IMG/VR virus record: IMGVR_UViG_2541047498_000018
Direction: 5' to 3' (one strand)
Source: a virus
Lineage: Duplodnaviria; Heunggongvirae; Uroviricota; Caudoviricetes
DNA: 40,212 bases
Part shown: positions 27,893-36,389 of the stretch, in pieces
Layout of the letters: every line of letters begins with the position of its first letter
Numbering within the stretch: position 1 is the first letter of the stretch
Translations under genes and position numbers: made by a program
Notes under the pieces: generated by a model
Databases searched by the model: none
The model's input: only the letters and a program-made list of their open reading frames with translations
Told to the model about the DNA's origin: nothing

Positions 27893-28223
27893 TCGTGGCC
27901 GCCTCACTGATTTGTGAAATGAGTTGCAGGGTGTGCTGCTGATTTGCCAGCACCTGACGCGCCTCATCCCGCTCACGCACAAGCACCTGATTATTGTCTT
28001 CAAGGCGCTGCGTCTTCTGGTGCATTCCCCATATAGCGGCAACCAGTACAGCGATAATCCCCAGCGCCGCCATGCACGCCCCGGCAATCAGGGCCGGTAA
28101 GGCATTATTCACCGCAGCCACAGGACACCCCGTAACAGCAGTACCGCACACAGCAGCGCTATCATGAGCGGTCGCCAGAAGCGGTTCAGACTTTCGGCAA
28201 GTCGTAGCGACATAACCATTCAT
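27723..28223 (-). CDS. Candidate i-spanin (Rz-like): transmembrane helix plus periplasmic coiled coil
   Basis: ORF immediately downstream of the endolysin gene with hydrophobic segment ALPALIAGACMAALGIIAVLVAAIW and a Gln/Glu/Arg-rich helical region. Start uncertain. Confidence 0.4.
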   Translation of the reverse strand: MNGYVATTCRKSEPLLATAHDSAAVCGTAVTGCPVAAVNNALPALIAGACMAALGIIAVLVAAIWGMHQKTQRLEDNNQVLVRERDEARQVLANQQHTLQLISQISEAATNEKQQNIQHSEGQQSVVRRSLEAVPAASAPVPDDVADRVRRAVCEIRACEAGADPR

Positions 28224-28686
28224 CCGCCGAACGGCGGGCCTCAAGGCCGGGGAGTTTCACCCCCTTTGAATAAATCCAGCGGATATACTGCTTACAGGAC
28301 GCGGGCATCTGCCCGGCATTGATCAGGCGCAGAAGCGTGGAGTTGCGAAAGTTCGTTTCACCGGCCCAGAAGATCCACGAAGCCAGCGCCACCGTCTGAC
28401 CACGGGTAAGCGGCACCTGAACACGCCGATCAATGGCCGCAAAGGCCCATTTCATGTCCTTTTCCAGTAGTTCCAGGCATTCTTCATCTGTCAGGGTCAT
28501 ACCCGGTTTCACATCCGGGCCGGTATGGCCGTAACAGATGGTGGGTGTACCGGTGGGATCGATATACGTGGAGTTTTCTTTCCCTTCCCAGTAACCGGTG
28601 TAATGCGTGGCAATCGTGAACGTCCCGGCACCGGCCAGAACAAGGGCAATCAGCTTTTTACGCAGTGGTGCGGGGAGTTTTGGCAT
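28186..28686 (-). CDS. lys: SAR endolysin (T4-lysozyme-like muramidase with N-terminal signal-anchor-release domain)
   Basis: N-terminal Gly/Ala-rich weakly hydrophobic segment LIALVLAGAGTFTIA, then E...D...T spacing in EGKENSTYIDPTGTPTICYGHTG typical of the lysozyme catalytic triad. Confidence 0.8.
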   Translation of the reverse strand: MPKLPAPLRKKLIALVLAGAGTFTIATHYTGYWEGKENSTYIDPTGTPTICYGHTGPDVKPGMTLTDEECLELLEKDMKWAFAAIDRRVQVPLTRGQTVALASWIFWAGETNFRNSTLLRLINAGQMPASCKQYIRWIYSKGVKLPGLEARRSADEWLCRYDLPKV

Positions 28687-28757
28687 TGTTACGCTGTCTC
28701 ATGATGTTCTCTGAGTCAGCGTAACGGTGAAGGAGAGGCGGCAGGCTTTGCGGAATA

Positions 28758-29183
28758 TCAGAAAAGTGGCGGTTGCGTTCTTACCAGATGCAGACGGCGC
28801 TGTTCGCGTATGACGGTATAAATCTGGGTTTCTGACATCCGGTAATGGCGGCGAAGGGATTCAATTTTCTCGCCCCGGTCCCAGCGCGAAAATATCTCAT
28901 TGTTTCGCAGCTCGGCAAAGAGAGATTCCCCGACCGGCAGGTAATAACCCCGTCCGCCCATATAGGCGGCCTGAGCCGCAGCCACCTTGCGTGCCAGTTT
29001 ACCGGCCAGTACCGGCTCAATCCCCTGACGCTGAAGTTCTGCGCCGGTGACTTCAACCAGTTCTGACAGGGTCCGCGGCCAGTTCTTTTTGAGAACATCA
29101 TCAGGGATGTCATCAAGGCGGTCGATAAGGGCGTGCAGTTGCTCACTGTCACCACCAAACATGCTCATCTGAGTTTCTGCCAT
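28758..29183 (-). CDS. mor: Mor/C-family transcription activator (middle/late gene activator)
   Basis: 141 aa with YMGGRGYYLPVG and a C-terminal HTH (MSETQIYTVIREQRR), matching the Mor/C family as recalled. Located between the GemA-like gene and the lysis genes. Confidence 0.7.
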   Translation of the reverse strand: MAETQMSMFGGDSEQLHALIDRLDDIPDDVLKKNWPRTLSELVEVTGAELQRQGIEPVLAGKLARKVAAAQAAYMGGRGYYLPVGESLFAELRNNEIFSRWDRGEKIESLRRHYRMSETQIYTVIREQRRLHLVRTQPPLF

Positions 29184-29252
29184 ATCAGCCTCCGGTTCTC
29201 GCGTTCCCGGTAAGTTTAAAATAAAAATCCCGCGTTGTGGCGGGATTTGGAG

Positions 29253-29762
29253 TTAACGGGGAAGTGATTTTTCATACTGCCTGCAAACGGCGTCATACCC
29301 CATCAGCGTGCGTTCGGGCATTCCCATCGCGGCCAGCATTTTGCGGCGGTGCCATCGCTTGAGACGCTCCAGCACATCTGAGGCCAGGGCGGGGTGTTGC
29401 TCCAGCCACTGCCAGTTTGCCACACCTTCGCCGCCGTTCTGCGCGGCCGTCTGCGATTTCACCCAGCGGTTAAGGGCGGTTTCCGCACCATCGGTGATAA
29501 AGCCCTGCCGGTGCATCACCTTCCAGATGGCGCGAATTTTGGCGGTCACCGTACCCGGTTTTAAGGCCCGGTTAACCGGGTTCTGACGCACTTTAAAACC
29601 GCGTTTTTTGAAAACATCCAGCACGCGGGATAACTCATCCGGTGACATATCCCGGCAGCTGGTTTTGCCGGTAGCTGCCAGCAGCGCGGATGTATAAGTC
29701 TCATCATCCAGGGCAAGCTCGCGCTTTGCCACATGAATGGCGGATATCAGTTTTCCTCTCAT
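29253..29762 (-). CDS. GemA-like regulatory protein (Mu gp16-like, DUF1018-like)
   Basis: 169-aa ORF directly upstream of the Mor/C-family gene, the position of gemA in Mu. Confidence 0.5.
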   Translation of the reverse strand: MRGKLISAIHVAKRELALDDETYTSALLAATGKTSCRDMSPDELSRVLDVFKKRGFKVRQNPVNRALKPGTVTAKIRAIWKVMHRQGFITDGAETALNRWVKSQTAAQNGGEGVANWQWLEQHPALASDVLERLKRWHRRKMLAAMGMPERTLMGYDAVCRQYEKSLPR

Positions 29763-30055
29763 ACCGTATTTACCTTTTTACGGACATGGAAAGCCTTTTC
29801 TGCCTCATCCCACCGGGCATGGTGTGTTGGCGGAATAATCATTATGTGCCAGCCATCTCTGCTTGTTATTCGGCAGAAAAATTCACCGTTATATAACACA
29901 ATGGCCTGCTGAATGAGCGCATCAGCCGCCCGTTCAACCGGATGTCTTTTATCAAAAAAGCAGATGATTTTTCGACATAACCACCGGGTAATAACAAATG
30001 CGCCGAAAAAGGATGTGATATATAAGCACCAGAACAACAGAGAACTATTGTCCAT
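29759..30055 (-). CDS. Hypothetical protein with N-terminal hydrophobic segment
   Basis: 98-aa ORF in the tightly packed early operon (LLFWCLYITSFFGAFVI). Confidence 0.4.
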   Translation of the reverse strand: MDNSSLLFWCLYITSFFGAFVITRWLCRKIICFFDKRHPVERAADALIQQAIVLYNGEFFCRITSRDGWHIMIIPPTHHARWDEAEKAFHVRKKVNTV

Positions 30056-30242
30056 TATCTTTCTCCTTATTCACTCTTCTGCGGCATTCGGCACAGTCAT
30101 CAGGGCTTTCAAATGTATCCGGCTCGCGATTATGAGCCAGATATAACCACCGTCCACATATACTGATATTTTCGCCTGTTTTAAAAAAATGATGCTTCCT
30201 GGCCATTAGTGGCCGCGCCCATCCAGCGGGTAGACTATTCAT
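30045..30242 (-). CDS. Hypothetical small Cys-containing protein
   Basis: 65-aa ORF overlapping its neighbours by a few nt. Contains C...CAEC. Confidence 0.35.
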   Translation of the reverse strand: MNSLPAGWARPLMARKHHFFKTGENISICGRWLYLAHNREPDTFESPDDCAECRRRVNKEKDNGQ

Positions 30243-30570
30243 TTGCTTTATCCTCCATGCTGGACAGAATCATATGTATTAATGTCGGGCGTGGAGATAT
30301 ACGCATTTCATTAAGCGTCTGAAGGGCAGCAACAGCTGCCTGTTTATCGGTGCCTTTGGCAATTTCAGCAAGAGAATGCACAATCCATAACGGGCTTAAC
30401 GCTACGGCTGAATGCAGAATCATGTCATCCATAATAATTTCTGGCATATCCCGTTTGTCACATTCTTTATCCATAAAAGAAACGATTTTTTCTGCATCTT
30501 CCGGTTTCATGCCTCCGGCGATGAGAATTTTACGATATTCATAAGACGATCTTAATTCAATACTCATCAT
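30235..30570 (-). CDS. Hypothetical early protein
   Basis: 111-aa ORF in the early operon. No family recognised. Confidence 0.4.
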   Translation of the reverse strand: MMSIELRSSYEYRKILIAGGMKPEDAEKIVSFMDKECDKRDMPEIIMDDMILHSAVALSPLWIVHSLAEIAKGTDKQAAVAALQTLNEMRISPRPTLIHMILSSMEDKANE

Positions 30571-30582
30571 TCACCTGCCTGT

Positions 30583-30975
30583 TTAATCAGTTTCCAGTGC
30601 TTTGCTACGGGCAACAGCCTCACACTCAAAAAATACCGACTCCGGCACACGCTCCTTTAATTCACGAACAAGAAAATCATTAACGAGTTCATGACGTCTT
30701 ATATTTCTTTCCTTTTCCTCCTGGCGCAATACAGCAAGGCGGTATTCAACAGTCCGGCGTTGTTTCTGAAAGACAGCCAGTGCTTTTCTGGCAGAGTTAC
30801 GCCATGTATCATCGCCACAGGGTTCGTATTCAAGCTGAAATTTAATCTCTTCAATGGTTTCTTTTATTTTTGCCAGCAAGCTAAGACAGTCGCTGATTGT
30901 CTTCAGTTTTTCATTATCAATATAACTTCTCACGCATTCACCTCCCGTCATTCCGGTAAAGCTGAAATATGGCAC
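30583..30975 (-). CDS. Hypothetical early protein
   Basis: 130-aa ORF. True start may be the internal Met near 30954. Confidence 0.4.
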   Translation of the reverse strand: MPYFSFTGMTGGECVRSYIDNEKLKTISDCLSLLAKIKETIEEIKFQLEYEPCGDDTWRNSARKALAVFQKQRRTVEYRLAVLRQEEKERNIRRHELVNDFLVRELKERVPESVFFECEAVARSKALETD

Positions 30976-31259
30976 CAGTGCGTCACCTGTCCGTCCTCAT
31001 CTTCAAGGCAGGCTCCGGTTTCTTCATCAATAAAAAAGCCTTCATACCCCATATGGCCGATGCGCAGTTCCTGTTGGTCACCATACTGAACAATCAGCAC
31101 GACAGCCTCCATATCAGGCGGGAAAGCATCATTCAGTGAATGCCAGGGATAACCGCGCAAATCCCCGAAATAAACACCGGTCAGCGTTCCGCCACAGACC
31201 GGCATTCCGACGGCACACACAAGGGGTTCATCTGATTCAACAAATAATGTCGTTATCAT
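30948..31259 (-). CDS. Hypothetical early protein
   Basis: 103-aa acidic ORF in the early operon. Confidence 0.4.
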   Translation of the reverse strand: MITTLFVESDEPLVCAVGMPVCGGTLTGVYFGDLRGYPWHSLNDAFPPDMEAVVLIVQYGDQQELRIGHMGYEGFFIDEETGACLEDEDGQVTHWCHISALPE

Positions 31260-31807
31260 GGCATTAATTCCCGTAATACAACATCTTCGGCAGTCCGACG
31301 ACGGTGATAAATAAAACTCACCGTGCCCTCGGATAATTCAAATTTCTCGCCGATTTCCCTAAAGGTAAGACGCCGTGGTGATTCAGCATCCCGTAATTCA
31401 CGAATAAGACGAACATCATCGTCAGGTATGCGGGTGAAGGGCAGCAACTCTCCGTATTTTTTCATGCTTACGCCAATATATCGCGCCCGATTGTGGACAG
31501 AATCCCGGTCTCGCCCCAGATATTCTCCTATTTGCTTACCGGTCATTGTTCTGGCATTTTTTCGGATAAATTTATCTTCATCAGGTTTAAATCTGAGGCG
31601 TTTGCATTTGAGCAACTCCGGGTAAGTACCGCGTAATAAAACAATCCGGTTATGTACACCCCAGAAACTTCTTTTTATCCTGACAGCAATATCCTTAACC
31701 GGGGTGGATGGATAAAGCGCAATCAGCAGCGCATCTTCTTCAGGTGTCCATGCGCGAACATGAGCGGGTGCACGGCCTTTTCTCCCCATGGGTTGTAATA
31801 TCATCAT
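31256..31807 (-). CDS. Hypothetical DNA-binding protein with three HTH-like repeats
   Basis: 183 aa with three repeated segments that look like helix-turn-helix units (WTPEEDALLIAL..., FKPDEDKFIRKNARTMTGKQIGEYLG..., RLTFREIGEKFELSEGTVSFIYHRRR). Confidence 0.45.
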   Translation of the reverse strand: MMILQPMGRKGRAPAHVRAWTPEEDALLIALYPSTPVKDIAVRIKRSFWGVHNRIVLLRGTYPELLKCKRLRFKPDEDKFIRKNARTMTGKQIGEYLGRDRDSVHNRARYIGVSMKKYGELLPFTRIPDDDVRLIRELRDAESPRRLTFREIGEKFELSEGTVSFIYHRRRTAEDVVLRELMP

Positions 31808-31810
31808 GCA

Positions 31811-32326
31811 TCACCCCCTGACTCGCTTTTCAGCAGCATAAAACTCATCAGACAGAATTTCGGTCATTTTCTGATTTGCGGGTTTTACGCCGCACTCAAG
31901 GTAAATCACATCGTCAACGCAGAACCACTTCACAGGGCCAAACATGATTGCCGAGAAATCAATACCCAGCCAGAACAACAGTGCATCGGTTCTGGCATAC
32001 GTGACGGGCGAATATTCACGCCACAGACTGTTAAGTTCGTCAGAGGCAACGCGCAGGGCTTTGGGAATACGTGATGTGCGCGGTGTGCAGCTCCAGCCAT
32101 TCGACGCAGTCGGTTTTCGCCATAAGTCGCGATGAAAAGGATATTTGTCATCCATAAAGCGCAGCCCTTTAAAACAAAAGCCACTGATACCGGATACAAA
32201 TACCGACCGGCACGCAACATTCAGCACGGCCTCAAGGCGTTTTGCCTCATCCTTAACTTTCTGGCAGTCCTGCTGATATTTTTGCCACGCGGCCAGCGCG
32301 GAAGGGTTTGATGTTTTAAAGAACAT
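31811..32326 (-). CDS. Hypothetical early protein
   Basis: 171-aa ORF. No family recognised. Confidence 0.4.
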   Translation of the reverse strand: MFFKTSNPSALAAWQKYQQDCQKVKDEAKRLEAVLNVACRSVFVSGISGFCFKGLRFMDDKYPFHRDLWRKPTASNGWSCTPRTSRIPKALRVASDELNSLWREYSPVTYARTDALLFWLGIDFSAIMFGPVKWFCVDDVIYLECGVKPANQKMTEILSDEFYAAEKRVRG

Positions 32327-32859
32327 TACGCCACCTCCGCAGATATCCCGGCAGGCGCGGCCGTCCGGTCAACAATCAGGTAACGCAGAACGCGCGAGGT
32401 GATATTCCAGCCGCTTAAACCGCAGATAATGACACCCAGGCGTATGTCGATATACGCCATCACAAACTGGGGCACGCCTTCTTTCATGGCCTGCTCATCA
32501 ACTTCAGCCACCACATAAACGGTTTCACAGGTCAGAACGCCCTGAGCAAATTCCCACGCCATTGACGGAATATCATGCCCCTCAATCCACGGCAGGGATT
32601 TTCTGAAGCTGCACCACTGAACATCATCAGCCGCACCTTCCTGGCTGCATTTGCGACGAACCGGCTGCACCGGGCGGGGACGCGGAATATCATAAAAACC
32701 GTTACATTCCGTCAGCACCCCGGCATCGACCGCATCACGCAGAAAATAAACCATCGAGGATGGCGGCATATTCATTTTTTCAGCCAGAATGCCGCAGGTC
32801 AGACGCCCGTAAATACTCAGCCAGTTTTTAACCCCTTCAAGCACTTTTGCACCAATCAT
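32326..32859 (-). CDS. Hypothetical early protein
   Basis: 177-aa ORF. No family recognised. Confidence 0.4.
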   Translation of the reverse strand: MIGAKVLEGVKNWLSIYGRLTCGILAEKMNMPPSSMVYFLRDAVDAGVLTECNGFYDIPRPRPVQPVRRKCSQEGAADDVQWCSFRKSLPWIEGHDIPSMAWEFAQGVLTCETVYVVAEVDEQAMKEGVPQFVMAYIDIRLGVIICGLSGWNITSRVLRYLIVDRTAAPAGISAEVA

Positions 32860-32862
32860 GAA

Positions 32863-33405
32863 TTATTCCTCCGTCAGCGCCACATATTCAGAATGTTTAA
32901 TCTCCTGGCATTCTTCAGGAATACCCCCTTTTATTTCCCTGCCATAAGCGCCTACTTTAAACACCACGCACAGGGCATCACGGGAGAGCGACGGGGTCCA
33001 CCAGGAGTCCATGTTAAACATGGAGGGGATTCTCATTACCCCCAGCTTTTCACAGAGCCAGACAAGGAAATCAGGACGCTTTCTTAACTCGCGTTCAGCG
33101 GCTTCAATCATTGCGGCAATCGCCGGTCCTTCAGGGCATGACTCATCAGGTCTGGCAATAAAGCACGGTCCGTCCCCGATAAAAGCCACATCATCGCGCT
33201 TACGCCAGCCCGCAGGCAGAGCACCAGAAAAATAAAACTCACTGATTACGTCCATGGCAAACGGCTTTAAGCGCAATCCGGCAGCGCCTGTATTTTTCAG
33301 TAATGCCCGAAGAATACTGTTGCGTAGCGGTAAAACAGTCTGTTGATATTTGGTGAAATATTTATTTGTCTGCACACGGTCTAATTTGAAATAAAAATAT
33401 GCCAT
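32863..33405 (-). CDS. Hypothetical early protein
   Basis: 180-aa ORF downstream of gam. No family recognised. Confidence 0.4.
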   Translation of the reverse strand: MAYFYFKLDRVQTNKYFTKYQQTVLPLRNSILRALLKNTGAAGLRLKPFAMDVISEFYFSGALPAGWRKRDDVAFIGDGPCFIARPDESCPEGPAIAAMIEAAERELRKRPDFLVWLCEKLGVMRIPSMFNMDSWWTPSLSRDALCVVFKVGAYGREIKGGIPEECQEIKHSEYVALTEE

Positions 33406-33502
33406 ATATCCTGTTCCTTATTTTCAGTTTACAGGCGCAGGCAGTCCCCTGACGCGAGCGCCATACTTAAAACGATGTGATATTTAAAGATTTAATGCGG
33501 TG

Positions 33503-34033
33503 TTATTTATTCAGTCCGGCGTCCTGTTCAAAAGGCTCGACATAAAAACTTTCAGCGCCTTTATTCACCTTAATACCGGCAATGCCTTTCACTGCATCCG
33601 GCTCCGCCAGGACCGCTTCCTTGTTCACTTCCTCTTTCGTGCGGATGAATCGCTCAAGCCCCATACGGCGCAGCATTTCAATCACACCTTCCACATCACG
33701 GCTGACGCTGCATGATGGATTTCCCAGCCGCCATGACACTGTTCCGGTGGTCAGATTGGCTGTTTTGGTTTTGCCGCCGTTCGTCAGCTCATCGCGGTTG
33801 GTTTTGCACCAGTCCTGAATCCCCTTAAAAAGCACTTTGATTTCTTTTTTAAGGTTTTCAATCTGCGGCGTATAACGGGCGGTGATTTCTGCCACTTCAT
33901 CATTCATCGCCGTTTCCAGCCGTAGCGCCTCTCGCTGAATATCGCCCAGGGTACGGATATCGCGGCTGACTTCTTCGCGGGTCTGCGGTGCAGCCTCGGC
34001 TGCGGCCTTTAATTTTGTAACACGTTTAGCCAT
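33503..34033 (-). CDS. gam: Host-nuclease inhibitor protein Gam (Ku-like DNA end-binding protein)
   Basis: 176 aa. Blocks such as GDIQREALRLETAMNDEVAEI, RDELTNGGKTKTANLTTGTVSWR and ERFIRTKEEVNKEA match Mu Gam as recalled. Confidence 0.9.
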   Translation of the reverse strand: MAKRVTKLKAAAEAAPQTREEVSRDIRTLGDIQREALRLETAMNDEVAEITARYTPQIENLKKEIKVLFKGIQDWCKTNRDELTNGGKTKTANLTTGTVSWRLGNPSCSVSRDVEGVIEMLRRMGLERFIRTKEEVNKEAVLAEPDAVKGIAGIKVNKGAESFYVEPFEQDAGLNK

Positions 34034-34044
34034 TTTGTTTTTCC

Positions 34045-34338
34045 TTATTGCAGTGTGCCTGATGCTTTATGCACGCGGTGGTGTTTAATGATGGCATCCG
34101 CCCCAAAAGCCTGTACAGATGCCTGAAATTCCGCTGAGAGAAACTGAATAATTTCAGGACTGTGATACTGGAGAATACTTGCATAAACGCCACAGAGTGA
34201 CGTCGGCCTGTTATTCGTATCACGTTCTGTTTTTACATCCACACCAATCTTTTCATGCACTTCAACACAGTCATTGCCTGCCGGTTTTTCGTCATGCGAA
34301 ACATGCTTAAATTCAAAAATAACGCGTACTTTGCTCAT
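34045..34338 (-). CDS. Hypothetical early protein, paralogue of the adjacent upstream gene
   Basis: Starts MSKVRVIFEFKH..., similar to the upstream MSKVVRIIFEYKEH.... The track ORF starts 27 nt further upstream. Confidence 0.45.
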   Translation of the reverse strand: MSKVRVIFEFKHVSHDEKPAGNDCVEVHEKIGVDVKTERDTNNRPTSLCGVYASILQYHSPEIIQFLSAEFQASVQAFGADAIIKHHRVHKASGTLQ

Positions 34339-34342
34339 GGAA

Positions 34343-34615
34343 TTACCCCTGCTGATTAAATTCATTACCTTTAATAACCCCGGAACGCATGCTCATATCT
34401 TTCATGAGCGCACTGGCTTTCATTGCCACAAGTTCAGCAAAGTCTCTGCTTTCCGCGAGCATAACCACCCCAAAAATCATGGCGGGTCCATCACCTTTCT
34501 GCTTTATCCCGGTTGAACGTATGTCCAGACTTACCCCCATGCGCACTGTTCCATCAGCGTTTTTATGGATAACGTGCTCCTTGTATTCGAAAATAATGCG
34601 TACGACTTTACTCAT
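34343..34615 (-). CDS. Hypothetical early protein, paralogue of the adjacent downstream gene
   Basis: 90-aa ORF, N-terminus MSKVVRIIFEYKEH. Confidence 0.45.
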   Translation of the reverse strand: MSKVVRIIFEYKEHVIHKNADGTVRMGVSLDIRSTGIKQKGDGPAMIFGVVMLAESRDFAELVAMKASALMKDMSMRSGVIKGNEFNQQG

Positions 34616-34893
34616 CCTCTGGTCCTCGTTCTGTTTGGATAACTGACCCGGCGTCTGACCTCACGGCAGAACCGAATCATGGCATTAAAGGCTTCTTCCT
34701 CCGTCACCGCTTCCGGTATCCCCGGAACCAGTAACTGCTCCTGTTCATCACGTCCATGACGCGCCATAACCTCAATCACATGCCGTACCGTGGCAGGCTT
34801 TCCGGCAACTATCGGCAATGCACCTTCCGGCAGGACGTAACCAAACTCAATAAGACCACTCGACCACGCCCATGCAATGAGATTTTTTTTCAC
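34612..34893 (-). CDS. Hypothetical early protein
   Basis: 93-aa ORF in the early operon. No family recognised. Confidence 0.4.
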   Translation of the reverse strand: MKKNLIAWAWSSGLIEFGYVLPEGALPIVAGKPATVRHVIEVMARHGRDEQEQLLVPGIPEAVTEEEAFNAMIRFCREVRRRVSYPNRTRTRG

Positions 34894-34894
34894 C

Positions 34895-35161
34895 TCACAC
34901 CTCCCAGTAAACCGTGCAGCCGCTGATGCGGGTGGCCTTCACACGGCGGCGCAGGCCGTTGGTCTGTATGGTGATTTCAATTTCACCGGTTCCCTGCACG
35001 TTGCCTACCGGCGGCGTGGTTTTCAGTGCAAAACGTTGCGGATAGCGCTTACTGCGTTCCAGTACCGCACCGGCAAGTTCGGTCAGACGGCGCGCGCTGT
35101 TCAGGGAGTCGAATAAATTCATTTTGTTACCGCAGGATTGCATATTCATATAACACCTCAT
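34895..35161 (-). CDS. Hypothetical early protein
   Basis: 88-aa ORF in the early operon. Confidence 0.35.
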   Translation of the reverse strand: MRCYMNMQSCGNKMNLFDSLNSARRLTELAGAVLERSKRYPQRFALKTTPPVGNVQGTGEIEITIQTNGLRRRVKATRISGCTVYWEV

Positions 35162-35389
35162 TTAGCTGACTTGTTTCGCACCAACAGAACGGCATATTCC
35201 GCTGTAAACGTCTGTCGCACCTTCGCGATCAAGTCCGGCAGATATCACCATTCGTGTGCGGTCATTAAATTCAAAAAGTAAATCGCCACATTCTTTATTT
35301 TCGGCCAGTGAAATCACCTTCACGTTATCGAAATTAACCAGGTAAAAGCGTCCGTAAATATCAGGAATATTAAATACCGCCATAATCAC
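35162..35389 (-). CDS. Small early protein immediately after B (position of Mu kil)
   Basis: 75-aa ORF whose start overlaps the B stop. Assigned by position and size only. Confidence 0.35.
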   Translation of the reverse strand: MIMAVFNIPDIYGRFYLVNFDNVKVISLAENKECGDLLFEFNDRTRMVISAGLDREGATDVYSGICRSVGAKQVS

Positions 35390-36318
35390 ACCTGTGAGAG
35401 TAATTCAGGGTTGGTATAAACCTCTTTAAAGGCCGCATTAATATGTTTTTCTGTCAGCGCCGCGCCTTCACCGCTGGCGGTGAGCCACGCCTGGTTAAGC
35501 GTATGTGTCAGAACGCGTAACGCTCCCGGCTTTTCAGCGATAGCCTGCATGACGGCCAGCTCGGCCTCACCACTGATCCCCCACGCCCTGGCAATGGCCA
35601 GCACATCCGCCTTTTTGGCCTTGCGAAGTTGTTTTGTACGGGCAAGACGGCTGAACAGGCGCGATAAATCATCAAAGGCGCGGCGTCCACCTTTAAACAA
35701 TCCGCGCGGGTTACCAATAAGCACCATCCCGATCCCCGTGGCGTCCTGAATTGCCCGGAGTTGCTCCAGACCGTCAATACCCAGATGATCCGCCTCATCC
35801 ACAATCACCAGTCCACGCGTTCCCATCAGGCGACGGCGGATGGCGCGGGATAATGCCCCTTTGTTCGCGCGGGTGTAATCAATCCCCAGCGCATCGGCCA
35901 GCTCCAGCAGACACTCCGTGACGCTGGAGTGCGCGGGTGACAGGGTGATCATCCAGGTGTTTGGTTGCTCCTGGCAGTAATTACGGGCAGTGGCCGTTTT
36001 ACCCACACCCGGTACGCCCACAATAACGTTAATACAGCCCATCAGACGAACCGCCTGAAACAGTGCGCGCAGCTCCTGGACTGTCTGCGTTTCCACAAAC
36101 TGCGGCGGTTCCGGCAGTGCGCTTTGTTTATTCCAGTTTTCATACCAGGAACGCAGGGAAGCAGCCACAGCGGCGTTATCGCCTTTATATTTCCCCTTGC
36201 GGAAAGCCGATAATGTGCCGTCGGAAATTCCCGCCTCTCTGGCGATGGCATACTGCGTCAGTACGCCGCCATCAATAAGTTCATCAATGGTCTTGATTAC
36301 ATCGTTAATATCAGTCAT
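35386..36318 (-). CDS. B: MuB-like AAA+ ATPase (target DNA activator of transposition)
   Basis: 310 aa with an N-terminal HTH region and Walker A motif GVPGVGKT. Immediately downstream of the transposase gene. Confidence 0.9.
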   Translation of the reverse strand: MTDINDVIKTIDELIDGGVLTQYAIAREAGISDGTLSAFRKGKYKGDNAAVAASLRSWYENWNKQSALPEPPQFVETQTVQELRALFQAVRLMGCINVIVGVPGVGKTATARNYCQEQPNTWMITLSPAHSSVTECLLELADALGIDYTRANKGALSRAIRRRLMGTRGLVIVDEADHLGIDGLEQLRAIQDATGIGMVLIGNPRGLFKGGRRAFDDLSRLFSRLARTKQLRKAKKADVLAIARAWGISGEAELAVMQAIAEKPGALRVLTHTLNQAWLTASGEGAALTEKHINAAFKEVYTNPELLSQV

Positions 36319-36389
36319 ATTATTAACCTCTCATTTGATACCTTGTTTAATCAAATAACCTGAGTCGCCGCTCGGGTTATTTTTTTATT

